NCBI GenBank assembly: GCA_051746405.1
Contig: JBNJFB010000002.1
Span: forward strand, 17,082 to 81,081
Source of the DNA: Campylobacterota bacterium
GTDB taxonomy: Bacteria; Campylobacterota; Campylobacteria; Campylobacterales; Arcobacteraceae
Length of the DNA stretch: 64,000 nt
Direction: 5' to 3'
Shown here piece after piece: positions 10,148-20,737 of this stretch. The position numbers and the translations under genes were made by a program. Position 1 is the first letter of the stretch; each line of letters begins with the position of its first letter. The notes under the pieces were generated by a model. It ran no database searches, was not told the origin of the DNA, and saw only the letters and a program-made list of their open reading frames with translations.

Positions 10148-11388
10148 TTTACTATTTCTCCTATATAATTTTTAATAAGTGGATAAACATCAGATGATTT
10201 TGGTCCACTTTGGCTACCTGTTAAAATATACCTCAATGGTTTAAATAAAGATTCATCTTTTAGTTTTGTATTTTGTTTAATATAATTTTCTAATTCATTT
10301 AAGTCTTCAAAAAACGGTGCTTTCTGTAAGCAATTTTTTAATTGTACAAACTCATCTTCAAAACCTTTAAGTGTTGATTTTGGTTCAAATATATATTTTA
10401 TCTTTGAATGAAGCTCTTTTAGAGTACTAGCTTCTTGTAAAAATAGTTTTGCTAGTTTTCCAAGATCCCAATCAGCAAAACCTAAAAGTTTTGAAAGTCT
10501 CATTTCATCCATTTCTTCTAAATGCTTTTTATTTATAGATTTTAATTTATCAATATCAAATGATACTGCCTCTTTTGATATATTTTCAATATTAAACCAA
10601 GAAATAGCCTCCTCAAGAGTAAAAATCTCTTTAGGCGTCTCATTTCCTAATAAAACTAAATAATTAGCAATAGCACTAGGTAAAAACCCCTCATCAATAA
10701 GCCATTTAATAAAGTTATCATCATCTTTATTTGTATTATCAATAGCAGGTATATGTATATAATCAAGCTGTTTATCATATCCTAATAGCTCTCTTACATA
10801 AATCTGTTTAGGAGTATTTGATATAAACTCTTCACTTCTTATTACTGTTGTAATATTCATAAGCATATCATCAACAGCACAAGCATAGTTATAAGTTGGA
10901 CTTTTATCTTGTCTTAATATAATAAATGAATCAATGTCGTTAAACTTTGTATTAGATTCAGGCTTTTTTATTCTAACTCTAAAAGGAGCATTAGTGTTTA
11001 ATACTAATTCATCAGATAAATTCTCACAAAATCCATCATATTTAAAAGGTTTATTCTCTTTTTTTGCTTCTTGTTTTAACTCATCTAATTTTTCATCACT
11101 ACAAAAACAAGCAAATGCTTTTTTCTTTGACATAAGCTGCATTGCCATTTTTTGATGATACTTTAAAAAATCACTTTCATATACAACTCTTGCATGGTTG
11201 ATTGAGAAAAGATTTAAAAACTCTAATATCTCTTTGTCTTTTCCTTCAATATTTTTTTGTTTATTTGCATCTTCTATTCTTATAGCTAAGTCTTCATTTT
11301 TTTGACAAGATACAATATAGTTAAAAATAGCAACTCTTAAGTCACTTATATCCATGTTTTTTGTTGGGCTTATTGCGAATCTTAACAA
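10144..11388 (-). CDS. gltX: Glutamate--tRNA ligase paralog (GluRS2-like) with degenerate catalytic motifs
   Basis: RFxx[21 protein letters not shown] and anticodon-domain PLR are retained, but HIGH and KMSK are altered or absent (see findings). Confidence 0.85.
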   Translation of the reverse strand: MLRFAISPTKNMDISDLRVAIFNYIVSCQKNEDLAIRIEDANKQKNIEGKDKEILEFLNLFSINHARVVYESDFLKYHQKMAMQLMSKKKAFACFCSDEKLDELKQEAKKENKPFKYDGFCENLSDELVLNTNAPFRVRIKKPESNTKFNDIDSFIILRQDKSPTYNYACAVDDMLMNITTVIRSEEFISNTPKQIYVRELLGYDKQLDYIHIPAIDNTNKDDDNFIKWLIDEGFLPSAIANYLVLLGNETPKEIFTLEEAISWFNIENISKEAVSFDIDKLKSINKKHLEEMDEMRLSKLLGFADWDLGKLAKLFLQEASTLKELHSKIKYIFEPKSTLKGFEDEFVQLKNCLQKAPFFEDLNELENYIKQNTKLKDESLFKPLRYILTGSQSGPKSSDVYPLIKNYIGEIVK

Positions 11389-11390
11389 AT

Positions 11391-12680
11391 CTATTTCCTT
11401 ACTATTGCAAATGTTAAGTTTTCAATCTCATTATGAGAATTGATAAACTTATTTAAATCTTCAAGTTTTAAGTTTTGGATTTTTTCTAACTCTTTTGTTG
11501 AGTAATCTAAACCTAATCCTTTATAATAAAAGTTAAATGCTCTACTTAATCTTTGAGATAGTGTTTCACTTCTTAAAGGCTCACTTCCTGTTAAAAACTT
11601 TTTTGCAGATTCTAACTCTTCTTTTGTAACACCTTGTTTTACAAACTCATTAATAATACTCTTTACTAACTCTTTAGCTTCATTAGCACTTTCATTTTTT
11701 GTCTGTAAATAACCACTAAAATAAGAGTGAGATTTACTTATAGATACATTACTATATGCACTATAAGCTAAACCTCTTTTTACTCTTATCTCTTCCATCA
11801 TTCTAGAACCAAATCCAGAACCACCTAAAATAAAAGAAGCTACTTTTGACATATATACACTTTCATCTTTTGCATCAATATTAAAAGGACTACCAAAATA
11901 TATATATGCTTGTTTTGTATCTTTTAAAACAACCTCTTCTTTAGGTTTTGTTTCTACTTCTATTTTAGAAACTTGTTCATACTCTGATTTTTTTAAAACT
12001 TCAAGTACTGGTTTAATTGTTTTTTTAAACTCATCAAACTCAAAATCACCACCTGCAACAACTATTAGCTTATTTAATACAACTGCATTACCAATAAACT
12101 CCTTTATATCATCTAAAGTAATTTTATCAATAGTTTCAATAGTACCAGAACTTGGGCTTTGTAAAGGTGTATTTTCAAAAAGTGTAGCTTTCAAAAGGTT
12201 TTTAGCTGTATAATCATAATCACTCTCTTTTCTTTTAAGTGTACCAATTTGTATAGTCTTTAACTTAGTTAAAACTTCATCTGAATAGTTAGGTGACTGT
12301 AATAAATCGCTTAAAAGAGTCATTGCTTTTGTAGTAACATCTTTTAAGTTTGATAACTCAATTACAAATGTTTCAAAGCCATTTGCAGCACTTAATGAGA
12401 TTGCACTCTCTTCTAATTTTTGAGCAAACTTTGTTGAACCTAACTTTTTAGTACCTTCATTTAAAAGCTTTGAAGATAGATTTGCTAATCCACTTTTATT
12501 TTTATCTTGAATATAACCTGAATTTCTAAAAACTAACTGTACATCCAAAGTAGGAATACTTGTTTGCTTTTCAAAAATAACTGGTACTTCTATACCTTTA
12601 ACTTTTATATGCTTTAATTCAGCACTCATTAAACTCCCTTGTAAAAATAGTAACCCTAATAAAAAACTTTTAACTTTCAT
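11391..12680 (-). CDS. M16 (pitrilysin) family protein, non-HXXEH subunit type
   Basis: [19 protein letters not shown] motif, signal peptide, no HXXEH. Confidence 0.85.
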   Translation of the reverse strand: MKVKSFLLGLLFLQGSLMSAELKHIKVKGIEVPVIFEKQTSIPTLDVQLVFRNSGYIQDKNKSGLANLSSKLLNEGTKKLGSTKFAQKLEESAISLSAANGFETFVIELSNLKDVTTKAMTLLSDLLQSPNYSDEVLTKLKTIQIGTLKRKESDYDYTAKNLLKATLFENTPLQSPSSGTIETIDKITLDDIKEFIGNAVVLNKLIVVAGGDFEFDEFKKTIKPVLEVLKKSEYEQVSKIEVETKPKEEVVLKDTKQAYIYFGSPFNIDAKDESVYMSKVASFILGGSGFGSRMMEEIRVKRGLAYSAYSNVSISKSHSYFSGYLQTKNESANEAKELVKSIINEFVKQGVTKEELESAKKFLTGSEPLRSETLSQRLSRAFNFYYKGLGLDYSTKELEKIQNLKLEDLNKFINSHNEIENLTFAIVRK

Positions 12681-12685
12681 TAGAT

Positions 12686-13774
12686 TTAATACCTCTTTAG
12701 TATTTCATATGCAGTATTTCTTTTTGCAGGTTTTTCACCAATATCCCTAATCAATGTAATCATCTCATCTTGATTCATTCTATTAGCTGCACCTGCTGCT
12801 TTTACTACATTCTCCTCCATCATTGTACTTCCTAAGTCATTTGCACCAAATTTTAATGCCATTTGACCTATGTACGAACCTTGTGTTACCCATGAACTTT
12901 GCATATTTTTAAAATTATCTAAATATAGTCTTGACACTGCTAATAGTCTTAAATATCTATTTGAAGATTGTGGTTTTATCTGCGGATGCTCTTTTGCTAA
13001 TTGTGTATTTTCACCTTGAAAAGACCACATAATAAATGCTCTAAATCCACCTGCTTCATCTTGTAATTTTCTTAGCATTTCCCAATGCTCAATAATCTCT
13101 TCATCGGTTTCTACTGTTCCAAACATCATTGTAGCAGTTGTTTTCATTCCTATTGAGTGAGCTAATCTATGTATCTCTAACCACTCTTGTGAATCCATTT
13201 TATTTGGAGCAATTATATCTCTAACTCTGTCTGATAATATTTCAGCTCCAGCTCCTGGAATTGAACTTAACCCTTTTGCTTGAAGTCTTTTTAAAACCTC
13301 AAGTTTTGAAATCTTTGAAACTTTTGCAATAAAGTTAATTTCAATAGCTGAAAACCCATGAATAGTAATTTGTGGATATTTTGTATGAATATGTTCAACC
13401 AACTCTTCATAATATTCAATTTTTAATTTAGGATGAACTCCACCTTGAAATAGTATTTGAGTACCACCAATTTCAAGTAGTTCATCAATCTTTTTATCTA
13501 TTTCATCAAATTTTAATACATATGAGTCATCATCCCTTTTATGTCTATAAAAAGCACAAAATTTACAATCAACCCAACACACATTTGTATAGTTAATATT
13601 TCTATCAACTATAAATGTTGTAACACCCTTAGGATGAAGTTGGGCTTTTTTTGCACTTGCTAATTCACCTAATTCAAGTAAAGGAGCATTTTGTATTAAA
13701 TCAAGTGCTTCTTTATTTGTAATCCGTCTATTTATTATCTCTTTATCTATTTTATTATCTATTTTTTTTACCAT
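12686..13774 (-). CDS. mqnC: Dehypoxanthine futalosine cyclase (radical SAM)
   Basis: DRNINYTNVCWVDCKFC, GAGAEIL, QSSWVTQG and GANDLGSTMMEENVV. Confidence 0.92.
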   Translation of the reverse strand: MVKKIDNKIDKEIINRRITNKEALDLIQNAPLLELGELASAKKAQLHPKGVTTFIVDRNINYTNVCWVDCKFCAFYRHKRDDDSYVLKFDEIDKKIDELLEIGGTQILFQGGVHPKLKIEYYEELVEHIHTKYPQITIHGFSAIEINFIAKVSKISKLEVLKRLQAKGLSSIPGAGAEILSDRVRDIIAPNKMDSQEWLEIHRLAHSIGMKTTATMMFGTVETDEEIIEHWEMLRKLQDEAGGFRAFIMWSFQGENTQLAKEHPQIKPQSSNRYLRLLAVSRLYLDNFKNMQSSWVTQGSYIGQMALKFGANDLGSTMMEENVVKAAGAANRMNQDEMITLIRDIGEKPAKRNTAYEILKRY

Positions 13775-16023
13775 TAGAAACTTGTCCCTAGTGAAAACTC
13801 AAATGATGATGTTTCATCACCTGGTTCATCATCAAGTGGTTGTGCAAAGATTAATTGTAAAGGACCAACAGGAGAGAACCACTCTAAAACTGCACCTGTA
13901 CTTGATCTTTGTATATCACCAAAGTTATCTTCGCCTGTCATACCATAGTCATAAAACACACCCCATCTCATCTTTGCACTTTTAGATAGTGGAAAGTTCA
14001 TCTCTATAGAGTTACTCCACAATCTTTTAAATGGATCTTCTTTTATTCCATCTTCATTATTTGGTCCAAATGCATAAGATTCAAAACCTCTTAGGGTTCT
14101 TGGACCACCTAAGTAAAGTGAATCCCCTGGACTTAATTGACCTAAATCTTCAATTGCTTGTAAGTTTGATTTAAATCTAAAGATCCAATCATACTCTGTC
14201 ATATCTTCAAAGGAGTGAAAATATCTAAATACAGTTGAAGATTTCAGGTACTTAGAATCACCACCAACACCTGCAAACTCAAGTGAGGTATTTACTTTAT
14301 ATCCTTCTCTTGGTACATAAAAGTCATCCGTATTATCAAAGTTTAAATAAGGTGTCAATGAACTAGTTATATAGTCACTATCTTGATAATAGTTTGTATT
14401 ATTTACTTTACTTGAGTTATCATACTGATAATCCTCTTCAATCATATCAAATCTATATTTTACACCTGCATATAAGTCCCTAATAACTTGTTTTCCAACT
14501 GATACTGAAAAACCTTGTGCTGTTTTATCTAAATCATAACTATCTCTTAAAATTTCACTTTCACTATTATGAATTTCAAATGTACCTGTATATTCACTAT
14601 CATTTATAGCTGGATTTTTAACCTCAAATGCAAATTTACTTTCAGTTGCAGATAAATCTGCATTTAATCCAATTCCAATACCTGAACCAAAAATATTAGA
14701 ATCACTAACAGCAGCATTAATCATAAGTTTATCATATGAACCATATCCACCACCTAGGATAATTGAACCTGTAGAAGTCTCTACAACTTTTACTAATAAG
14801 TCAATTTTATCTTCAGATACTCTTTTCTCTTCAATTTGAACATCTTCAAAACTTTTTGTTCTTTTTAGTTTAGATTTTGAATCTTTTAAGTCAGTTAAAT
14901 TATATAAATCTCCAGGTGCTAAATAGACATTTCTTCTTACAACTCTATCTAATGTTCTTGTATTTCCTGAGATAACCACGTCATTTATATATACTTTTTT
15001 TCCTGGGATTACATTAAAAACCACATCAACTGTTGAATCTTCTTTATTTTTCTTAATATCAAACTTCACTTTTGCAAAGGCATAACCTTTATTAGCAACT
15101 TGTGTTCTTATATAGTCTTGATCATCTCTTAGCTTTTTTATATTAAAAGTATTTCCTACTATTAAATCAAGCTCTTCATATAAATCATCAGGATTAACTA
15201 TACTTGCATCTGCAAATATTTTTATACTTGCAGTTTCATACTGTTTTCCCTCTTCAATAAAAAAGTCTAGATTAGCATTATTAGAAGCAAAATCTATATC
15301 TAAATATGGATCTTTTACTTTTGCATCTAAGAAACCATTCTCAAAATATAGTTCATTTATTCTTCTTGAGTCATACTTAAGCTCATCTACTTTCACTTCT
15401 CCTGTATTTTGTCCAAAAAACCAAGAAGCAAACTCTTTTTCTTTATTTGCTGTTACCATCTCAAAGTCACTATTATCTAACTGTTTTGAACCATAATAGT
15501 TAGCTTTGTTAATAAGTATCTCATCACCTTTATTTATATTAAAAGTAACTTTTAAAGAGTGTTCATTTAACTCTTCAATATCAACTTCAACTACAGAGTT
15601 AATATACCCTTCACTCTCTAATAAGTCCAAAATAACTTTTTTTGCCTTTTGAACTCTCTGTTTTGTATACATGGAACCTTTTTTAAGCTTCATGTAATCT
15701 TTCATAATCTCTTTGTCTTCTTGTCTAGATTTGTAACCTAGAATTTCAACTTTTGCAATTGAAGGCTTCTCTTTGAAGACTAACTGTAAATTTCCATTTT
15801 CATTATAAACAACAATATCATCAAAATAACCAAAATCATAAAACTCTTTTATAGCTTTGTTTAGCTTCTCTTGGTTAAGTTTATCTCCAACATCTAAATC
15901 TAATGTTTCATTAACAATTTTTTCTGATATTTTGTTTAAATTCTTGTACTCTATTGACTTGATTGTATTTGCATAAAGTGCTGTTGTGCACACTAAAGAA
16001 AATAGTATTGCTTTATTTTTCAC
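13774..16023 (-). CDS. bamA: Outer membrane protein assembly factor
   Basis: POTRA repeats, LRGF motif and C-terminal FEFSLGTSF; GTG start. Confidence 0.95.
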   Translation of the reverse strand: MKNKAILFSLVCTTALYANTIKSIEYKNLNKISEKIVNETLDLDVGDKLNQEKLNKAIKEFYDFGYFDDIVVYNENGNLQLVFKEKPSIAKVEILGYKSRQEDKEIMKDYMKLKKGSMYTKQRVQKAKKVILDLLESEGYINSVVEVDIEELNEHSLKVTFNINKGDEILINKANYYGSKQLDNSDFEMVTANKEKEFASWFFGQNTGEVKVDELKYDSRRINELYFENGFLDAKVKDPYLDIDFASNNANLDFFIEEGKQYETASIKIFADASIVNPDDLYEELDLIVGNTFNIKKLRDDQDYIRTQVANKGYAFAKVKFDIKKNKEDSTVDVVFNVIPGKKVYINDVVISGNTRTLDRVVRRNVYLAPGDLYNLTDLKDSKSKLKRTKSFEDVQIEEKRVSEDKIDLLVKVVETSTGSIILGGGYGSYDKLMINAAVSDSNIFGSGIGIGLNADLSATESKFAFEVKNPAINDSEYTGTFEIHNSESEILRDSYDLDKTAQGFSVSVGKQVIRDLYAGVKYRFDMIEEDYQYDNSSKVNNTNYYQDSDYITSSLTPYLNFDNTDDFYVPREGYKVNTSLEFAGVGGDSKYLKSSTVFRYFHSFEDMTEYDWIFRFKSNLQAIEDLGQLSPGDSLYLGGPRTLRGFESYAFGPNNEDGIKEDPFKRLWSNSIEMNFPLSKSAKMRWGVFYDYGMTGEDNFGDIQRSSTGAVLEWFSPVGPLQLIFAQPLDDEPGDETSSFEFSLGTSF

Positions 16024-16114
16024 GACTTTCCTTAATTTCTTGATAAAATAATAATATAGCTAAATTCAGATTATATGAATATTAAGGTATAATATCAAAT
16101 ATTCTTAAAAAAAG

Positions 16115-16954
16115 GTGTTAATGTTGAATATAGGAATCGTTGGTTTAGGACTTATGGGTGGTTCTTTTGCAAAAGCAGTTAAAAAATATGCCATAGCAAC
16201 AAAAGTATATGGATATGCAAGAAGTGAAAAATCTAAAGAAGAGATAAAAAAACTCAACTTAGTTGATGAGTTAGTTGATTTAAATAGGCTTAAAAAAGAG
16301 TGTGATTTGATTATATTAGCAATACCTGTTGATAACATCATCTCAATATTGCCAAATTTTCTCGATATTGACGAAAATACAACTATAATGGATTTGGGTT
16401 CAACAAAAGAGTTTATAATTAAAAATATTCCAAATAAAATAAGAGAAAACTTTATTGCAGCTCATCCAATGTGTGGAAATGAAAAGTTTGGTCCAAAAGC
16501 TGCAATGAATGATTTATATGAGGGTAAAACAGTAGTTTTATGTAATCTAGAAGAGAATTCAAAAAAACATGAGCATAGAGCAATTAAGGTATTTCAAGAC
16601 ATTGGAATGAGAATTGTTGTAATGGATGCAAATGAGCATGATATCCATGCATGTTATATGTCACATTTACCCCATGCAATTTCATATTCACTTGCAAATA
16701 CAGTAATGGGACATGAAGACCCAAAATCAATTATAGCTCTTGCAGCAGGTGGATTTAAAGATATGAGTAGAATAGCAAAATCAAGTCCAGATATGTGGAG
16801 TGATATTTTTAGACAAAACAGAGAGAATCTTTTAAAATCAATTGATTTATTTGAAAAACAGATGAAATCTGTAAGACATATGGTTGAAAATCAAGAGTAT
16901 GAATCTTTGGAAGAGTGGATGAAAAAAGCAAACTCTTTACACGAAATACTTTAG
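16115..16954 (+). CDS. tyrA: Prephenate dehydrogenase
   Basis: GLGLMGGS, DLGSTK, HPMCG, SHLPH and GFKDMSRIA. The exact start (16115, 16121 or 16124) is uncertain. Confidence 0.93.
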   Translation: MLMLNIGIVGLGLMGGSFAKAVKKYAIATKVYGYARSEKSKEEIKKLNLVDELVDLNRLKKECDLIILAIPVDNIISILPNFLDIDENTTIMDLGSTKEFIIKNIPNKIRENFIAAHPMCGNEKFGPKAAMNDLYEGKTVVLCNLEENSKKHEHRAIKVFQDIGMRIVVMDANEHDIHACYMSHLPHAISYSLANTVMGHEDPKSIIALAAGGFKDMSRIAKSSPDMWSDIFRQNRENLLKSIDLFEKQMKSVRHMVENQEYESLEEWMKKANSLHEIL

Positions 16955-16972
16955 TATTTTGTGTAAATTTTA

Positions 16973-17767
16973 TTAAATACTATAAATAGCTTCTTGTACT
17001 TTTATAGCTTGATAGTGCTCTTTAACATCATGACATCTGATAATTGAAGCTTTATTTCTAATGGACTCTAAATGAATAGCAAGACTACCAGGTAATCTCT
17101 CACTAACTTCACTAGGAGTTATCTTATTTATCATTGATTTTCTACTAGCACCTACTAAAAGTTCACATCCAAAATGTTTAAAATACTCTAAATTTTTTAA
17201 TAACTTCAAATTATGATTTAAGGTTTTTCCAAAGCCAATACCAACATCTAATACAATGTCATCTATTCCAAAAGATTTTGCTTTTTCTATTTGTTTATAA
17301 AAAAAACTATCTATATCTTTTAAAACATCATCATAGCTTGGATTTTCTTGCATATTTGAAGGACTGTTTTGCATATGCATTATAACAACCTGGGCATCGT
17401 ATTTAGAACTAATCTTACACACTTCATCATCTATTAAACCTGTAATATCATTTACTATTTTAAACCCCTTATTTAAAACATAATCTATCACATTAGGGGC
17501 ATAAGAATCAATAGAGAAATCAACTTTTTCATAATAGCTATTATCATAAATTATATTTACTATATCTTTTAATCTATCAAGTTCCACATCAAAAGCTACA
17601 GGTTTACTACCAGGCCTTGAAGATACTGCACCAATATCAATAATATCAGCTTTGTCTTCTATCATTTTTTCTATTTTAGCTTGAGCTTCATATTTACTAA
17701 ATCTACTATGCTTAAAAAAAGAGTCTTCATTTGCATTTAGTACACCCATTATTTTTGTTTTTTGCAT
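16973..17767 (-). CDS. folP: Dihydropteroate synthase
   Basis: IMGVLN..DSF, DIGAVSSRPG, GFGK, SRKS and RCHDV. Confidence 0.95.
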   Translation of the reverse strand: MQKTKIMGVLNANEDSFFKHSRFSKYEAQAKIEKMIEDKADIIDIGAVSSRPGSKPVAFDVELDRLKDIVNIIYDNSYYEKVDFSIDSYAPNVIDYVLNKGFKIVNDITGLIDDEVCKISSKYDAQVVIMHMQNSPSNMQENPSYDDVLKDIDSFFYKQIEKAKSFGIDDIVLDVGIGFGKTLNHNLKLLKNLEYFKHFGCELLVGASRKSMINKITPSEVSERLPGSLAIHLESIRNKASIIRCHDVKEHYQAIKVQEAIYSI

Positions 17768-18393
17768 TATTTACCTTTTGTCTGTAATAAACTAAGAAGT
17801 AGGGTGGTTAAAACATTTACAGGTCTTGAGTTCAACTCTAATAGTTTTATAGATTTTGAAAATAGTTCTAATTGTGAACTATTTAATTGAAGCTTTTGCT
17901 CTTTTACTTTTAGTAGTATTGACTCAACTAACTCTTTTGCTTCATTTTTAGAGATTTTTTGATTCTGCTTTAAAAAATAGTAAATATCTTTTAAATCAAG
18001 ATTTTTAACATCTAGTGTTGAAATATCTTTTATGGTAGATTTTTTTAAATACTTATATGGAATTCTTGAATAGATTGTAGGAAGTAGTGATGACTTTGAA
18101 GTTGTAATAATTATAAAAATAACATTTCTAGGTGGTTCTTCAATCACTTTTAATAATGAGTTTTGAGCTTCAACCCTAAAACTTGAACCACATAAAAATA
18201 TATATTTAGTTTCATTTGAAGCTATGTATGCTTCTTTTACTGCAAGATTAGCCTCATTTAATAAAAACTCATCTTTTTGTTCATTTCTTATAATACGTGT
18301 TGAGTGCATTGGATAAAGTGCTAAAAGCTCACTTAAAGTTTCATCAATACTATTAACAATTAAAATAGATGAGTTCTCAACTTTTTTTATCAT
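17767..18393 (-). CDS. holB: DNA polymerase III delta' subunit
   Basis: EAQNSLLKVIEEPP and LLPTIYSR; gene order hobA-holB-folP. Confidence 0.9.
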   Translation of the reverse strand: MIKKVENSSILIVNSIDETLSELLALYPMHSTRIIRNEQKDEFLLNEANLAVKEAYIASNETKYIFLCGSSFRVEAQNSLLKVIEEPPRNVIFIIITTSKSSLLPTIYSRIPYKYLKKSTIKDISTLDVKNLDLKDIYYFLKQNQKISKNEAKELVESILLKVKEQKLQLNSSQLELFSKSIKLLELNSRPVNVLTTLLLSLLQTKGK

Positions 18394-18402
18394 ATGCTTT
18401 AA

Positions 18403-18954
18403 TTAATTCTCCACATTTATTTGTGCAAATAAAGATGCACTTATTGTCTTATTATATAGTCTAAACATCTGTAATAGTTTCATATCTAAAGCTTCATCAC
18501 CACTTCTTAGATTAAAAGCGTCCTGCTTCTCTTCATCAAAAAGCCATAAAAAAGAGTTTTTTGAAACTTTAGGAATTAGTGCCCTTGCATCTTGGCTTTT
18601 GCCTATGTACCAAAAGCAATAACCATTTGGAAAAGATATATTTAACATATCTTTAATATATGAGATATCATCGTCTGATTTTATATTATCAATATATTTA
18701 TAAAATGACTTAAAATCATAAAATGGTAAAAAAGGTCTATTAAGTTTAGTAGAGTTTATATGTGTTAATACATACTCTAAAAACCACTCCCTTTCCCTAT
18801 CAGTTAAAACAATAACTGAACAACCTTTATCTAATATATTTACAATATTCTTAGAAACCAAAGGGGTCCACTCGTACTTTTTTTCTTCTAACCATGGAGA
18901 GATAAGTCTATCTTCCCTGATTGAATCAACTGTCCAATTTAAAAACTCTTGCAC
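18403..18954 (-). CDS. hobA: HobA-family DnaA-binding replication regulator
   Basis: WLEEKKYEWTPL, TDREREWF and FWYIG, in the Campylobacterota lysC-hobA-holB order. Confidence 0.88.
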   Translation of the reverse strand: MQEFLNWTVDSIREDRLISPWLEEKKYEWTPLVSKNIVNILDKGCSVIVLTDREREWFLEYVLTHINSTKLNRPFLPFYDFKSFYKYIDNIKSDDDISYIKDMLNISFPNGYCFWYIGKSQDARALIPKVSKNSFLWLFDEEKQDAFNLRSGDEALDMKLLQMFRLYNKTISASLFAQINVEN

Positions 18955-18956
18955 TT

Positions 18957-20168
18957 TTATTTATCCAATTCGTAAACTTCATGTAGTGCTCTTACAGCTA
19001 ACTCAGAATACTTCTCTTCAATAATCATTGAGATTTTAATCTCTGAAGTTGAAATTATTCTTATATTTATATTCTCTTTTGCTAATGTTGAAAATGCTTT
19101 AGCTGCAACTCCTGTATGTGATTTCATACCAACACCTACAATTGATACTTTACAAATAGAGTCATTATAATCAATACTTCCAGTATCTTTTTTAAACTGT
19201 TCCATTACTTTTTTACAAGCATCAAAATCAGTAGTTGGAATAGTAAAGTCTAGATCAGTTTTACCATCTAAACCTCTTGTTTGTACAATCATATCAACAT
19301 TTATATTCTCATTTGCTAGTGATGTAAATATAGATGCAGCAATTCCTGGTCTATCAATAACTCCATACATACCAACTCTTATTTGATTTTTATCTAATGC
19401 AATACCACTTACAATTGGTTTTTCCATAATATTCTCTTCCTTAGTAATTAATGTTCCCTCAATATCTGGTGTAAAGCTGCTTCTTGATACTAAATTTACA
19501 TCTAGCTTTTTTGCCATCTCTACTGATCTATTTTGTAAAACCTTAGCACCTAAGCTTGCTAATTCTAACATCTCATCATAGGATATTTTATCTAGCTTTT
19601 TTGCTTTTGGCTCTATTCTTGGGTCTGTTGTATAAATACCATCAACATCGGTATAGATTTCACAAACATCTGCTTTTATTGCTCCTGCAATAGCAACTGC
19701 TGTTAAATCACTTCCACCTCTACCTAAAGTTGAAACTCTGCTTGTATCTTGTGTAATACCTTGAAAACCAGCTACTATTATTGTATTTCCCTCTTTTAAT
19801 CTTTCATTCATACCATCTGTATCAATAGATTCAATTCTAGCTTTTGTATGGGAACTATTTGTAACAATCCCAGCTTGTCTTCCACTCATAGAGCATGCTT
19901 TATAACCTTGTTCATTAAGTGCTATTGAAAGTAGTGCAGAGGTAACTCTCTCACCTGAACTTAAAAGCATATCCATTTCATCTGCTTTTGGATTATTTGA
20001 AAAGTTTTGTGCATACTGGATTAATTTATTTGTTTCACCACTCATTGCAGATACAACAGCAATAACATCATGACCCTCATCTTTAATCTTCTTTATAATA
20101 TTTGCAACATTTTGAATTCTTTCAAGTGTACCAACACTTGTTCCCCCAAACTTTAATACCTTCAACAT
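18957..20168 (-). CDS. lysC: Aspartate kinase
   Basis: KFGGTSV, TLGRGGSD, DVDGIYTTDPR and two ACT domains. Confidence 0.96.
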   Translation of the reverse strand: MLKVLKFGGTSVGTLERIQNVANIIKKIKDEGHDVIAVVSAMSGETNKLIQYAQNFSNNPKADEMDMLLSSGERVTSALLSIALNEQGYKACSMSGRQAGIVTNSSHTKARIESIDTDGMNERLKEGNTIIVAGFQGITQDTSRVSTLGRGGSDLTAVAIAGAIKADVCEIYTDVDGIYTTDPRIEPKAKKLDKISYDEMLELASLGAKVLQNRSVEMAKKLDVNLVSRSSFTPDIEGTLITKEENIMEKPIVSGIALDKNQIRVGMYGVIDRPGIAASIFTSLANENINVDMIVQTRGLDGKTDLDFTIPTTDFDACKKVMEQFKKDTGSIDYNDSICKVSIVGVGMKSHTGVAAKAFSTLAKENINIRIISTSEIKISMIIEEKYSELAVRALHEVYELDK

Positions 20169-20184
20169 TTTTTTTAAATTCCTT

Positions 20185-20682
20185 TTAAATATAACCTTCT
20201 TTTTTAAAATATTTAAGCACCTGCTTATATACTGTTCTTTTAAAGAAAGTTATATAGTCATATATATTTTTTGTAGGTACAAACTTATATTCACTAAACT
20301 CTGGAATATCAGTTTGAATATTTATTTTTGCACCTTTTTTTAATCTAACTAAATAATACTTCTGAATTTGACCATCGTATGGTTGCATCTTTTTTGCTAT
20401 TGCAGGAGGAAACTCATATGATACCCATTGAGGATACTCTGCTACAATTTCCACATCCCTAGTTCCTATCTCTTCTTCTAACTCTCTATATAAAGCCTCT
20501 TTAGCTGACTCCCCATCATCAATACCACCTTGTGGAAATTGCCAAGCATTTTCCACGTCTGTTCTTGAGGCTATAAAAATTTCACATTTATGAGGATATT
20601 TAGATGATAGAACTATTGCTGCAACATTTGGTCTAAAGTTTTTCTTATTATTGTTTATTTTATTCTCATTTTTATCAGTCAT
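20185..20682 (-). CDS. rppH: RNA pyrophosphohydrolase
   Basis: FRPNV, WQFPQGGIDDGE...RELEEEIG Nudix box and GQIQKY. Confidence 0.93.
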   Translation of the reverse strand: MTDKNENKINNNKKNFRPNVAAIVLSSKYPHKCEIFIASRTDVENAWQFPQGGIDDGESAKEALYRELEEEIGTRDVEIVAEYPQWVSYEFPPAIAKKMQPYDGQIQKYYLVRLKKGAKINIQTDIPEFSEYKFVPTKNIYDYITFFKRTVYKQVLKYFKKEGYI

Positions 20683-20737
20683 AAATATGTTTTCCCTTAT
20701 AATTAGCCCATAATTATATAATTTATAGGATTAAAAA

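Noticed and set aside
11391..12680. M16 protein lacking HXXEH as a novelty
   Set aside because: Non-catalytic M16B subunits are common.
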